DNA of 64,000 nt from Malacoraja senta (Eukaryota), in contig JAXLNO010005773.1 in the NCBI GenBank assembly GCA_038087875.1, positions 1-64,000 on the forward strand. Direction: 5' to 3'. A program made the position numbers and the translations under genes. Positions within the stretch are counted from its first letter, which is position 1. Each line of letters begins with the position of its first letter. The notes below the pieces were generated by a model, which saw only the letters and a list, made by a program, of their open reading frames with translations, ran no database searches and was not told the DNA's origin. Below are positions 49,060-63,359 of this stretch, one piece after another.

Positions 49060-49587
49060 CATACGGCATGGAAATGGGCCCATTGCCTCAACTTGGCCAT
49101 GTCAACCAAGATGCCATGTTTGAACTACTACTTTCCTGCAATTGACCCATATCTCACTGAACCTTTCCTATCTACAGTATGTACCTGTCCAAGTGTGTTC
49201 TAAAATGTTTTTTAATACCTGCCTCAACTCCTTCCCCTGGAATGTTCTTCCATATTTCCACTTCCTCTGGTTCCAAGTAACTCGTTTCCTTCTCACCTTA
49301 AACCTAAGTCCTCTGGTTCTTGATTACATAAGGCTGGTTAAAAGATTCTGTGCATTCAATCTAACTATGCTCCTTGATTTTATAAATTTCTATAAGATCA
49401 CCCCTCAGCCTCTTGCGTGCCAAGGACTAAAGTCCAAGCATTCTCATCCTCTCCCTGAATCACAGGCCCTGTTAATGACATCCTTCCGATAGTGGAGTGA
49501 CCAAAACTTAACACAATACTCCAAATGTGACCTCACCAACATCTTGTACAACTGTAGCAGAACATCCCAACTTTTTTATTCAGTACC
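49060..49587 (-). mobile_element. Degenerate CR1-type LINE fragment
   Basis: CTCACCAACATCTTGTACAACTGTAGCAG and the preceding sequence resemble the reverse complement of the CR1 RT-to-3' region. Confidence 0.55.
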
Positions 49588-52500
49588 TTTCTTTTAAAAT
49601 CTTTTTATTGTTTTTTTTCCAAAAAACAAAAACAAAAATAAAACATAAAAAACAGAGCAAAAAGAATAATGATAAACATAACAATGGTATTGATACATAG
49701 GGATCAGGATTACATTAATAACAGGTATAAACTAATATGAGACCAGTGTCAAAATACCCAATGAATATAGACCTCTCCGTCTCTATGTAAATATAGTTAA
49801 ATCTTTAAAAGGAAACATAAATGTTTAAAAAAAAGCAAAGATAAAAAGACAAAAAGAAAAACGAAAACAAAACCCCCCTAAACTAAAAAAAAATTAAAAA
49901 AATTGGATAATAATAAAATAAGAATAAAAATAAAATAAATAAATAAAAACAAAACAGAGCAAACCCGAATCTGAACTGAGAAATTCAACAATTTAAGTCT
50001 GTTTGTCGTCAAGTCCGTTCCACTCTATGAAGGTAAAATAATTTTTATAACGGTTAAAGAGGGAACAATTTATGTTGTATGAAAGTGTTCAATAAATTTT
50101 CCCCAAGTCTTATCAAATTTAACCAAGGGTTCAACAATGTCACCTGATTTTTTCTAAATTTAAACATGATATCGTTTCAGAATACCACTGGAGTGTGGTC
50201 GGAGGGTTGGAATCTTTCCATTTAATGAAAATAAATCTTCTGGCAATTAATGTGGTAAAAGCAATCAACCGATGGGCGGAGTGGGACAAATGAATAGAAT
50301 CTAACATTGGTAACCCAAAAATTGCAGTAATAGGATGAGGTTGTAAATCTATACCTAAGACTACCGAAATAGTATCAAAAATTTATTTCCAATATTTTTC
50401 CAAAAGAGGGCAGGACCAAAACATATGGGTCAGTGATGCCACTTCAGAGTTACATCTGTCACAGGTAGGATTTATATGACCATAAAAACGAGCTAACTTA
50501 TCTTTTGACATATGAGCTCTGTGAACCACCTTCAATTGTATCAAAGTGTGTCTTGCACACATTGAAGAGGTATTAACTAATTGAAGGATCCTCTCCCATT
50601 TCTCTATAGATAAAGAAATTTGGAGTTCTCTTTCCCAGTCATTCTTAATTTAATCAAATGTATCTATTTGTAATTTTAAAATCAACTCATGAATAGTCGT
50701 TATTAATCCTTTCTGATAAGGGTTCAACTGTAAAAAAAAATCCAAAATTTCGGGTTGATGTGGTAGCGGAAAAAGAGGTAGTTCCTTTTGTCTAATTTGT
50801 AAATATCTAAAAAAGTGTGAATTAGGTAAGTTATATTTATTGGAGAGTTGTTCGAAAGACATAAAACAACCCTCCAAAAACAAATCACGAAAAGCTACTA
50901 ATCCCTTCCTCTTCCATAACAAAAAAACTTGATCAGTACTAGATGGTTGGAAGAGAAATTTGGATAACATCAGATAGTCCAAAAAACTTATGAAATTGAA
51001 ACCGTATTCGGAACGTATGTCTTATTATTGGGTTCATCATATATTTATTCAATCTCGTAATTGTAAAAGGTAACGAGGTCCCTAGAATAGAAGCCAATTA
51101 TAGCCCTTGTAAGGAATCACGTTCTAGGTTTATCCATCCAGGGCATTGGGTATCTTCTAAATCTTTTGTCCAAAATGTTAAATAACGAACATTGACTGCC
51201 CAATAGTATAGTCTACGGTTCGGCAATGCCAAACCACCAACTTTTTTTGATTTCTGTAGGTATTTTTTACCTAGTCTGGCATTTTTATTCTGCCATATAT
51301 ATGAAGAAATTTTAGATCTATAATATCAAAGAAAGATTTGGCAATAAAAATTGGTATCGTCTGAAATAAATACAGAAATTTAGGTAAAATGAACATTTTA
51401 ATAGTATTGATTCGGCCAATTAAGGATAAGGACATTGGTGACCATTTAGTGAACTGATGTTTAATATGGTCAATTAAAGGAATAAAATTAGCTTTAAATA
51501 AATCCTTGTGTTTCTTGGTGATCTTAATACCTAAATAAGTAAAACTTTCGGTAGTCAATCTAAATGGAAACTGTCCATAACTCGAAACAAAATTATATAA
51601 TGGGAAAGCTCACTCTTACTAAGATTTAGTTTATAACCAGAAAAACTACTGAATTGATTAAGTAATGCTACTATTGCCGGAATAGATTTCTCAGGGTTAG
51701 AAATAAATAATAACAGATCATCTGCATAAAGAGATAGCTTATGTGTCTTATTCCCGCGGACAATACCAAAAATATTAGGGGATTCCCTAATAGCAGTGGC
51801 TAAAGTTTCCAAAGCAATATCAAATAGTAAAGGACTTAAGGGACAGCCCTGTCTAGTACCTTGAAAGAGCCTGAAAAAGGGGGATCTCTGATTATCAGTA
51901 AATACAGAAGCCTGAGGTATAAGATATAGCAGTTTGATCCAAGAGATAAATTTTGGACCAATCTTAACTTTTTCAAGTATATTGAATAAGTATTCCATTC
52001 TACTCTATCAATAGCCTTCTCGGCATCAAGTGAGATGACACTTTCTGGGGTTTTATTAGACGCTGTATATACAATATTTATTAATCTCCTAACATTAAAG
52101 AATGAGTAACGATTTTTAATAAAACCTGTCTGATCTTCAGAGATAATTTGCAGTAAAATCTTTTCCAATCTCATAGCTAATATTTTGGAAAGAATTTTAA
52201 AATCTACTTTTAACAGTGATATAGGTCTATATGATGTCACTTCAGTAGGGGCTTTATCTTTTTTTTAAATTAAAGAAATAGAAGCTTCATAAAAAGATTG
52301 TGGTAATCTATTCCTTAAAAAGGCTTCTTTAAATACCTTGCATAGCCATGGAGACAATAAATTTGAGAAATGCTTTAAAAATTCTACTGTAAACCCATCT
52401 AAACCGGGAGCTTTACCAGAATTCATTGAAAAAATTGCTTTCTGTATTTCTTCTTCCGTGATGGGTTCATCTAACAACAGAGACTCATTGTATGGTAAAT

Positions 52501-53837
52501 TTGGTAAGTTCAGTTTCTTTAAAAACTCATGCATTATATTGGAATCAGTAGGAAAATCTGATTGGTATAGGGAGGTATAAAATTCCTGAAAGGATTTATT
52601 AAGTTCGTCATGGTCTACAGTTACTGTACCATCCCGTTTACACACTTTTGTAATCTGACGCTTGGCCAACACTGCTTCAATTGATTAGCAAGTAATTTAC
52701 CAGATTTTTCGCCATTTATATAAAATTGACTTTTGGTTTTAAGTAACTGGTTCTCAATCGGTGATACTAATAACAAATCATATCTCAATTGAAGTTCAAC
52801 TCTATTCTTATAGAGCTCTAAACTAGGAGCTTTTGAATATTTTGTATCAATTTCTTTAATCTCGTCAGCCAATGTGCGTATTTCTTTTTGTGTTTGTTTT
52901 TTTAATCCTGCGGAGTATGAAATAATTTGTCCACGAATATATGCCTTAAAAGCATCCCAAACTATACCATTGGATATCTCTTCATTAGAGTTTGTCAAGA
53001 AGTAAAAAGCAATCTGATCTTTCATAAACTTAATAAAGTTTAAGTCTTGAAGCAAAGTAGCATTAAATCGCCATTGTTTAGCACTAAACTTGGAATCAGG
53101 TAGTTTGATCAATAGTTTCACTGGTGCATGATCAGAAATAGCAATTGTATCATACTCACATGCAATGACCGATGGAACTAGCCGAGAATCTAGTATAAAA
53201 TAGTCGATCCTAGAATAACTATGATATACATGAGAGAAAAATGAAAATTCTTTGTCATTTGCGTGTAAGAATCTCCAAATTTCTAACATTCCCGAGTCAA
53301 GTAAAAAATAATTAATAAAATTAGCTGATTTATTTGGAAGCACATGATCAGATGTAGACCTATCAATCGAGGGATTCAAACAGCAATTGAAGTCTCCACC
53401 CATTATTAAAAAGTGTTCATTTAAATTAGGAAAGGATGCAATTAACTGTTTAAAAAACTCAGGGTGATCAATATTTGGTGCATAGACATTCACCATATGA
53501 CTTTTTGCCTATAAAGGACACTGGTAATCACTAAGAATCTGCCATATGGATCAGAAATTGTTTCATGGTGAACAAACGGAATTGAGGAGTCAATAAAAAT
53601 AGAGACTCCTTTCACCTTAGCCTGTGAATTTGAATGAAACTGCTGTCCTCTCCAAAACTTGAAAAATCGTGACTTGTCATCTTGCCTTACATGAGTTTCC
53701 TGAACAAAGATAATCTGAGCATTTAGTCCGTGAAGAACTTTTAAAATAAATGTCCTCTTAATGGGATGGTTCAAGCCATTCACATTCCATGAAAAGAAAT
53801 GAGTAACTTTATCCATATTGCTTGTAAAAAATCATGT
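49588..53837 (-). mobile_element. L1-clade LINE, ORF2 (fragmented) and A-rich 3' UTR; 3' part of a minus-strand host L1
   Basis: ORF2 runs from 53816 (MDKVTHFFSWNVNGLNHPIKR, VQETH) through GGDFNC, ISDHAP, APGLDGF, LDAEKAIDRVEW, GTRQGCPLSPLLF and LYADD to about 50073, with many frameshifts. AATAAA lies near 49605 on the minus strand. Confidence 0.9.
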
Positions 53838-56800
53838 GGGACTTCCGGTAGCGTCATGGAACATTGAGGACGCTGCAGTGAGCTTCACTCCCGTAAAAAT
53901 TATCAAAAAGCCGTTTTAAAGTAAAAAATAACTCAACGGAGCTGCTTGGTTTGCATAACGAAAACATCATTAGATAACGGACTTTTAAATGAGCAAGAGG
54001 ACTTGTTCACGCGCACCAAAAAAAACTACTATAAGCCTCCAGCTGAAAAGTGTGTTGGATACTCTGCAAACAACTGAAGAAGGTTCTGAGGAGGAGCCCG
54101 ATAGCCAAGGAGTTGTGCTGGAAATGGCTACAAAAGGAGGAAAGAAAGAGATGGAGGTAAAGGAAATGTTTGTAGAAATTACTACTACAATTAAGAGTAT
54201 GGAGAATAATATGGAAATATTTTCTCATAAAATTGATGGTGCCTGTGATGAGTTAAAGGAGCTGAAGAAGCAACATAATGAGTTTGATAAAAAACTTAAC
54301 TCAGAAATTGTTAGAGTCGAAAAGGATTATAATAAGAAGCTTTCTGGGGTAAATGCTAAGATGGACAACATTGACGAGAGAATGGAAGAGATGGAAAGTG
54401 ATATGAAAGAGATGATCACGGAAATAAACAGTCTGAAAAGATCAAATAAAGATGAAGCAGAAAAGCTGGCAAGAATGACTGACAAATGTTTGGACTTGGA
54501 AGCGAGATCAAGGAGGCAGAATTTGAGAATTGTTGGAGTAAGAGAAGGACGAGAAGAACATGTATCTCAAACACGTACTTTCGTTACTGAATTACTCAAA
54601 GAGGTTCTTAAACTGCCGGGAGAACTAAGAATAGATACTGTTCAATGAGTTGGATGTGTCTCAAGAGGCATAAATGCTGCTCCAAGACAGATAATTGTGA
54701 AATTTCATGATATCTCTTCAGTGGAAACTATACTGAAGAAGATTGTTCATGGTGAAAATTTGATATATCGTGGGGAAAAGATCCGATTTTTCCGTGATTA
54801 TCCTCCAGAGATTGTCCAGAGAATGAACCTGTTTACACCGACAAGAAACATATTGAGGGGTATTTCTAAAGTCAGATATGGTATTGTTTTTCCTGCAAAA
54901 ATGAAAATTACATATAAGGAAATTGAGCGCTCATTTACGGACCCAGAAAAAGCAGAAGATATCATGAGGAAAGCATCCAAAACTTCAGAAGAAGACAACT
55001 AAAGGAATGAACATGGAACTTTTTAATTTCTAAGATGGAGCTGGAACCGGCGGATTTCTCAGACAGTTACTGAGCTTATCTGTCTGGAATGTATTGGACA
55101 ATATTGTTTAACCTTGAATGAAAAGCTCTCGTACAAAGAACGAGATAACCTGAGTATTTAACTATTATATGCTAATTACAATTAACTAACTAACTTTAAC
55201 AAAACTAATGTGAGTGTGTGTAGTAAATATGTATATTCATGAATAAACCATTGCTTATAAATTGTAATTAACCAAAATGTCTATAACATTACTAACATTT
55301 TCTCTCTTTCTTTTTGAGTGGGAACGCAACATAAACTTGGAAAAAAGCCAGGAATGAGGTTAACCCCTCGGTATCTGCTTGTAGGGTAGCTGGCTAGATA
55401 AATTGGTACAGTACAAATACTTATAGAAATTAGAATAGGTTGTGGTTTATATTTGGATTTGGGGTTTAATTACATTAATGTTTTCTTTTTTTTTAACTCT
55501 TTAATATTTTATTTTTGCATATTTTTGTTATTATTATTATTATTATTACTAATTTTTTAAAAAATTAAATTAATTTTTTGGGGGGCATTTTACTAACGCT
55601 AGTTTGATAAAGTTATACAAGAATAAACGAGACGGTTTGTAGGTTTTTTTTTAAATTATTTTTTACGAGGTGTTAATAAGGGATTGGGGCTCACTGTAAA
55701 ATAACATCAATGGAAGTCGATAATTCTTTCGCCACCTTAGGTGGCTATTTGTCTTTAAGGTACCTGCTTTTAGATACCTTAATTTCACTTTTTTTTTTAA
55801 ATCACTTAATTAATTGTAAATCACAACTTTTCTTGCTTTATCTAAGGCACTTTTGGAGATGGAGATGTAATGTAAACTTAAAAATTTGGAATGACCACCC
55901 AACGTCCAGAACACGGAGGTATTTGTTTGCACCATATGTTTCAAGAACATCACTTTGATATACAATGCAGGACGATAGGCAAATAAAGAATGGAGGAATC
56001 ACATTCTGTAGTTGGAATATAAGGGGTGCCAATGAACCAATAAAGAGGGGTAAAATTTTTGCTCACCTAAAATCTTTGAAAAGCGACATAATCTACTTGC
56101 AAGAAACTCACATGAAACAGGAAACACAAATGAGATTAAAGGCAAAGTGGATAGGCCAAACATATTATTCGTCATTTACTTCTAAATCTAGAGGTACGGC
56201 TATTCTTATTTGAAAAGGTATACCGTTCAAATTAAAGAATACTATATCAGATAAAGAGGGAAGGTATATTATAGTTTCGGGAGAAATTTATGCTACCCCA
56301 ATAACTATGGTAAATATTTACGCTCCGAATTTTGATAACCCTCAATTTTTTGAGAAAATTATAGATATAATACTGGAGTTTAATTATCAAAATGTCATAA
56401 TAGGAGGGGATTTTAATTGTGTTTTAGATCCTTACTTAGACAAATCAGCAAAACAAAGAAGGAGTAATACAAAATCTAAGACTAGTGAATTTCTAAATAC
56501 ATATATAAAAAATACTAACATAACAGATGTATGGAGATCTGCTAACCCAGCAGGAAGGGAATACTCGTTTTACTCTTCGGTACATAAAACATACTCAAGA
56601 ATTGTTTATTTTTTAGTGGATAGGAAATTAATGCCATATATAATTAACCCAACTTACCAGATTAGTAGTATTTCTGATCACTCTCCATTGACTTTTTTAG
56701 TAAAATTTGAAGGAATGCCGGGAAAATTTTTTTTTTGGAGGTTTAACACATATATATTAAATGACCTACAGGGTTATCAATATTTGAAACAACAAATGAT

Positions 56801-59570
56801 ATCATTTCTTGAGATAAATGATACACCAGGTACCTCACCTTCTTTAATATGGGAAACTTTTAAAGCATTTATTAGAGGAATTATAATTTCATATGAAATT
56901 TTTCAAAATAAGAAGAATAAAACTGAACAGATGCTGTTAGAACAAGAAATAAGACAGTTAGAGTTAGATAATGCTAAAGATCCCACTATAGATAAACATA
57001 ATAAGATAATACTACTGAAATTTAAACTTAACCGAATTCTCTCGGCAAGAGTAATAAGATTATTCCAAATTACAAAACAGGAACATTTTGAGTTTGGTGA
57101 CAAACAACATAAGCTGTTGGCGCGTCAATTGAAAAAACAGGAAAAGGAAAATACTATAAATAAAATTAAATCTGAGAATGGTGAATTACTAACACTACCT
57201 AAAGATATCAATAAAAGATTTGTTCAATTTTATCAGAATTTATACACATCAAAAACCAAAACAGAAGATAGTAAAATTACAAATTTTTTAGATAAATGTA
57301 ATCTACCAAAACTTGACCTTTTGGAACAAGAAGAACTAGGAGCGCAAATTACAATCGAAGAAATAGGTGAAACAATAAAATTGCTGAAAAATGGTAAGAC
57401 ACCGGGACCAGATGGTTTTAGTAATGAATTTTATAAAAAGTTTCATGAGATAATGACCCCCTATCTATTTAATTTATATACTCACGTTTTTAAAGAAAAT
57501 AAATTACCTGAAACATTAGCAGAATCAACTATTACGCTTATTCCAAAGAAAGATAAAGATCTAGAGGAACCGGGTTCATATAGAGCTATATCACTTCTAA
57601 ATACCGACCAGAAAATTCTAGCAAAGACCTTAGCTAGAAGACTAAGCAAATATATTAGTAAATTGATAAACCCTGATCAAACGGGGTTTATACCCAAAAG
57701 ATATTCATTTAATAATTTGAGACGCCTGTTTAATATAATGTACTCACATAAAAAGGAAGAAAAAGACTTAGCAATTATTTCTTTGGACGCAGAGAAAGCA
57801 TTTGATCAGGTAGAATGGCAGTATTTATACATAGTATTACAAAAATTTAATATGGGAGAGAATTTTATTGCATGGGTGAAATTATTATATGATAAACCGA
57901 TGGCAAGAATATTAACTAACAGCATGTTATCTCAAAAATTTCAATTATCAAGGGGTAATAGGCAGGGATGTGCTTTATCACCCCTGCTATTTGCCCTTAT
58001 GATAGAACCTCTGGCTGAAAGTATAAGAAGCCATCCGAATATTCAGGGTTATAATACTAGGGACTCAAATAATAAAATTTCATTGTATGCAGACGATATT
58101 TTGTTATATATAACAAATTCACAAACGAGTATACCAAATTTATTAAATTTAATAGAGGAATTTGGGTCCTTTTCAGGATATAGAATAAATTGGAACAAAA
58201 GTGAAATTATGATGTTAAAACCTCAAGAATCCACACACTTATTGAAATTCCCCTTTAAAATAGCAACAGAAAAATTCAAATATCTGGGTATACAGATTAC
58301 TAGAAAACATAAAGCTTTATTCAACGCTAATTTTATACCCTTAATAAATAAACTTAATATAATGATAAAATTTTGGAAAACACTCCCTTTATCATTAATA
58401 GGCAGAATAAATGCTATTAAAATGAGCTTCTTACCACAGTTATTATACTTATTTCAATCTATACCAGTATATGTACCAAAATATTTCTTCTCTAAACTGA
58501 ATGCTAATATTACTAATTTTGTTTGGGATTACAAATCACATAGAATTAAAAAAGAACACTTATGTAAACCAAAAGATGTCGGGGGACTTTCACTCCCTAA
58601 TTTTTTGTATTACTATTGGGCAATACATATTAAGAATATAATTTACTGGTTGGATAGTTCAACTCAACAGACAGAATGGATAAAAATGGAGAAAGAGGAT
58701 TGTTATCCTTGTAATATAGGAACAATCCTCTTCTCCCCGAAAAAAATGAACAATACAATATATAAGAAAAACCCAATTATACAAGATACAATAAGAATAT
58801 GGAAACAAATAAAACTATCCTTAAAATTAAGAAACCTATCATTGTTAACACCGATAGCGAATAATCCTTTATTTAAACCATCTATGATGGATAAAATATA
58901 TAATCAATGGGAAAGTTTAGGAATTAAAAGGATCGGGGATATGTATGAAATGGGAGATTTATTATCATTTCAACAATTACAATTAAAATTTAAACTGAAA
59001 AACACTCATTATTTTAAATATTTTCAGATTTGTAATTTTTTGAAGACATACATACAGGGATATCAAAAAATAACTCCTGATTTACTAGAAGAAGTAATGA
59101 ATATAAAAGCTGATACACAAAAATTAATAGCATATTTATATAATAGTATCTTAAATATAGATTTACCTGTGACCGAGGTAATTAGAGAAGAGTGGGAACG
59201 GGAATTATTGATAAAAATTACGAAGGCTACATGGGAAAAGTATTTGACATACATTCACAAGTGTTCGATTAACGCAAGACATAATCTAATCCAATTTAAA
59301 ATTTTACATAGATTATATTACTCAAAAACAAGATTAAATAAATTTTATCCAAATATATCGCCCATTTGCGATAAATGTTTAATCCAAGAAGCAACTATAA
59401 CACACTCTTTTGTTTCTTGTATAAAACTTCATGGATTTTGGAGTGATATTTTCGAAATATTTACAAAATTATTTAAGACAAAAATGGAACCCAATAATGA
59501 ATTGATTATATTTGGGGTAATGGAAGACGGGAACAAATTGAGCTCATCTCAAAAGTCAATTTTTAATTAT
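53838..59570 (+). mobile_element. L1-clade LINE, 5'-complete, 3'-truncated, nearly intact
   Basis: The 5' end is GGGACTTCCGGT. ORF1 (53989-55002; coiled coil, LEARSRRQNLRIVGV, RFFRDYPPE) has one in-frame TGA at 54646-54648. A ~960-bp spacer follows. ORF2 (55965-59570; APE plus RT plus CDKC..H..C) has one in-frame TGA at 56211-56213. The last ORF2 codons, 3' UTR and poly(A) are missing. Confidence 0.93.
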
Positions 59571-59573
59571 TGA
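55965..59573 (+). pseudogene. L1 ORF2p (endonuclease/reverse transcriptase), one premature stop, C-terminally truncated
   Basis: ORFs 55965..56213 and 56307..59573 are in the same frame, with motifs SWNIRG, LQETH, GGDFN, LDAEKAFDQVEW, GNRQGCALSPLLF and LYADD. Confidence 0.92.
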
Positions 59574-60174
59574 GGACTGTTAAAAAATCGAAAGTTACCA
59601 TTGAAAAGCCGAATACGCAATCTAGCTGGAAATAATAGAGCTGGGCGCAGTTTTTTCTTATACAAATCAGACATTACATTATAAAAAGTCTTTCTTATTT
59701 CCAAAAGCTCGTAACTATAATCAGGGACAACCCGAAACTTATATCCTTCATATTCAACCACACCCAACTTTTTTGTTGCCTGGAGAATATTCTTCTTCAT
59801 TTGAAAAAAATGAAACCGAATGATCAAGTGTCTCGGTTTATTACCGGATTTCTTCCCAATCCTGTGTGCCTTATCCATGAACGGAAGGTTTTCATTGTGC
59901 TCAATGTTGAATGTTTCCTTTATCATTTTAGAAGCATATTTTATAACGTTATTTCCTTCTTGGCCTTCCGGCAAACCAACAATTCGTAAATTCAAATGAC
60001 GGCTTCTGTTTTCTAAGTCCATATTTTTAGACTTGTATTGCTGAAGTGTTTTCATTCATTCTCCGTTCCAATTTTTCAATCTTCAAATCTCTCTCCTGTC
60101 CGAGGGTGCGCAAGATATCAATTTGATCCTTTTGTTCACGAAGTTCATCTTGTAACAAAGAGTTTTCCTTGGAC
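59571..60174 (-). mobile_element. L1 ORF1 C-terminal part (minus-strand L1)
   Basis: DLENRSRHLNLRIVGLPEG..DKAHRIG..PRHLIIRF..VVPDYS..PALLFPARL is the L1 ORF1 (Transposase_22-like) signature. It is truncated at FNSPQ. Confidence 0.88.
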
Positions 60175-62752
60175 TTCCTTCAAAGTAGTGGAGTTGGGGA
60201 TGGCATCAAACAGGAAATTAGAAATGCGTGCAACAAAGGTAAAACAGTTATAATGGGTGACTTCAATCTACATATAGATTGGGTGAATCAAATTGGCAGG
60301 GGTGCTGAGGAAGAGGATTTCTTGGAATGTATGCGGGATAGTTTTCTAAACCAACATGTAGAGGAACCAACGAGAGAGCAGGCTATTCTAGATTGGGTAT
60401 TGAGTAATGAGGAAGGGATAATTAGCAGTCTTGTTGTGCGTGGCCCCTTGGGCAAGAGTGACCATAATATGGTTGAGTTCTTCATTAGGATGGAGAGTGA
60501 CATTGTTAATTCAGAAACAAAGGTCCTGAACTTAAAGAAAGGTAACTTTGAGGGTATGAGAAGTGAATTGGCCAAGATAGACTGGCAATTGATTATTAAT
60601 GGGTTGACGGTAGATATGCAATGGAAGGCATTTAAAGACTGCATGGATGAACTACAACAATTGTTCATCCCAGTTTGGCAAAAAAATAAATCAGGGAAGG
60701 TAGTGCATCCGTGGATAACAAGGGAAATCAGGGATAGTATCAAAACAAAAGATGAAGCGTACAAATTAGCCAGAAAAAGCAGCCTACCAGAGGACTGGGA
60801 GAAATTCAGAGTCCGGCAGAGGAGGACAAAGGGCTTAATTAGGAAAGCGAAAATAGATTATGAAAGAAAACTGGCAGGGAACATAAAAACTGACTGCAAA
60901 AGCTTTTATAGATATGTGAAGAGAAAAAGATTAGTTAAAACAAATGTAGGTCCCTTGCAGTCAGAAACAGGTGAATAGATCATGGGGAACAAGGACATGG
61001 CAGACCAATTGAATAACAACTTTGGTTCTGTCTTCAATAAGGAAGACATAAATAATCTGCTGGAAATAGCAGGGGACCGGGGGTCAAATGAGATGGAGGA
61101 ACTGAGTGAAATCCAGGTTAGCCGGGAAGTGGTGTTAGGTAAATTGAATGGATTAAAGGCCGATAAATCCCCAGGGCCAGATAGGCTGCATCCCAGAGTA
61201 CTTAAGGAAGTAGCCCCAGAAATAGTGGATGCATTAGTGATAATTTTTCAAAACTCTTTAGATTCTGGAGTACTTCCTGAGGATTGGAGGGTAGCTAATG
61301 TAACCCCACTTTTTAAATAGGGAGGGAGAGAGAAAACGGGGAATTACAGACCAGTTAGTCTAACGTCGGTAGTGGGGAAACTGCTAGAATCAGTTATTAA
61401 AGATGGGATAGCAGCACATTTGGAAAGTGGTGAAATCATTGGACAAAGTCAGCATGGATTTATGAAAGGTAAATCATGTCTGACGAATCTTATAGAATTT
61501 TTCGATGATGTAACTAGTAGAGTGGATAAGGGAGAACGAGTGGATGTGTTATATCTGGACTTTCAGAAGGCTTTCGACAAGGTCCCACATAAGAGATTAG
61601 TATACAAACTTAAAGCACATGGTATTGGGGGTTCAGTATTGATGTGGATAGAGAACTGGCTGGCATACAGGAAGCAAAGCGTAGGAGTAAACGGGTCCTT
61701 TACACAATGGCAGGCAGTGACTAGTGGGGTACCGCTATGGCTCAGTGCTGGGACCCCAGCTATTTACGATATATATTAATGATTTGGACGAGGGAATTGA
61801 ATGCAACATCTCCAAGTTTGCGGATGACACATCGCTGGGGGGCAGTGTTAGCTGTGAGGAGGATGCTCGGAGGCTGCAAGGTGACTTGGATAGGCTGGTT
61901 GAGTGGGAAAATGCATGGCAGATGCAGTATATTGTGAATAAATGTGAGGTTGTCCACTTTGGCGGCAAAAACAGGAAAGTAGACTATTATCAGAATGGTG
62001 GCTGATTAGGAAAAGGGGAGATGCAACGAGACCTCGGTGTCATGGTACACCAGTCATTAAAAGTAGGCATACAGGTGCAGCAGGCAGTGAAGAAGGCGAA
62101 TGGTATCTTAGCATTCATAGCAAAAGGATTTGAGTATAGGAGCAGGGAGGTTCTACTGCAGTTGTACCGGGTCTTGGTGAGACCACACCTGGAGTATTGC
62201 GTACAGTTTTGGTCTCCTAATCTGAGGAAATACATTCTTGCCATAGAGGGAGTACAGAGAAGGTTCACCAGACTGATTCCTGGGATGTCAGGACTTTCAT
62301 ATGAAGAAAGACTGGATAGACTCGGTTTGTACTCGCTAGAATTTAGAAGATTGAGGGGGGATCTTATAGAAACGTACAAAATTCTTAAGGGGTTGGACAG
62401 GCTAGATGCAGGAAGATTGTTCCCAATGTTGGGGAAGTCCAGGACAAGGGGTCACAGTTTAAGGATTAAGGGGAAATCCTTTAGGACCGAGATGAGAATT
62501 TTTTTTTCACACAGAGAGTGGTGAATCTCTGGAACTCTCTGCCACAGAAGGTAGTTGAGGCCAGTTCATTGGCTATATTTAAGAGGGAGTTAGATGTGGC
62601 CCTTGTGGCTAAAGGGATCAGGCGGTATGGAGAGAAGGCAGGTACAGGATACTGAGTTGGATGATCAGCCATGATCATATTGAATGGTGGTGCAGGCTCG
62701 AAGGGCCGAATAGCCTACTCCTGCACCTATTTTCTATGTTTCTATGTTTCTA
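60175..62752 (+). mobile_element. 5'-truncated CR1 LINE (part of EN, RT, 3' tail) inserted in L1 ORF1
   Basis: [45 protein letters not shown] and KFADD are present with stops and frameshifts. It ends TTTCTATGTTTCTATGTTTCTA and belongs to the same family as 1-1546. Confidence 0.93.
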
Positions 62753-63100
62753 ATTTGGTCGAAACTCCTTTCACCATTTCTTCCAAACTGCCAAATCTTG
62801 TTTTCATTTCATTTTTCAGCTCATTTTTCAATTCATCGTTCATTTTCGATATTGCTTCTATGATGCTGGAATCAGAAGCTGCAGCTGTGGTTGTGGCTTT
62901 TCCCCAGTTCCTTCTTTGGGGATCCTCCTTTCCTTCTTGTCTCCATCCTTTTCACGATTAAGGCGTGTAAAAGTGTTATCAACACTTTATGAACAGTTAG
63001 ACGGTGTCTTGAAGTCAAATAGTCACCAGTAACATTGAAAGAGTGGTCAGTGGAAGTTAAAAGTTAAGGGAGCAAACGAGTTTGCAACCTTACAGCATGC
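62753..63100 (-). mobile_element. L1 ORF1 N-terminal part and probable 5' UTR (minus-strand L1)
   Basis: The reverse complement reads EAISKMNDELKNELKNEMKTRFGSLEEMVKGVSTKLE, a coiled coil continuing into KENSLLQDELREQKDQI on the other side of the CR1. The 5' boundary is approximate. Confidence 0.65.
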
Positions 63101-63359
63101 TGCCACTAGGAGAGTCTAGTTATTGACATGTTATTGATGTTCATGATTATTCTGTTCTTTGTGCCTGGCCATTTTGACTTTGTCACATTTTACTTGGTTT
63201 ATGATATTGTACAAGATTTGCAATCACACCTCCAAATTGACTAAAATTATCCCAATTAACTAAATGCCTACTATGGCATTTAACTTATTGCATTATATTC
63301 AGTGCAGGGTAGAAGCTGCAGTTTTTAAAAAGGCAAGTTTTAATTACATACTATGTGGT

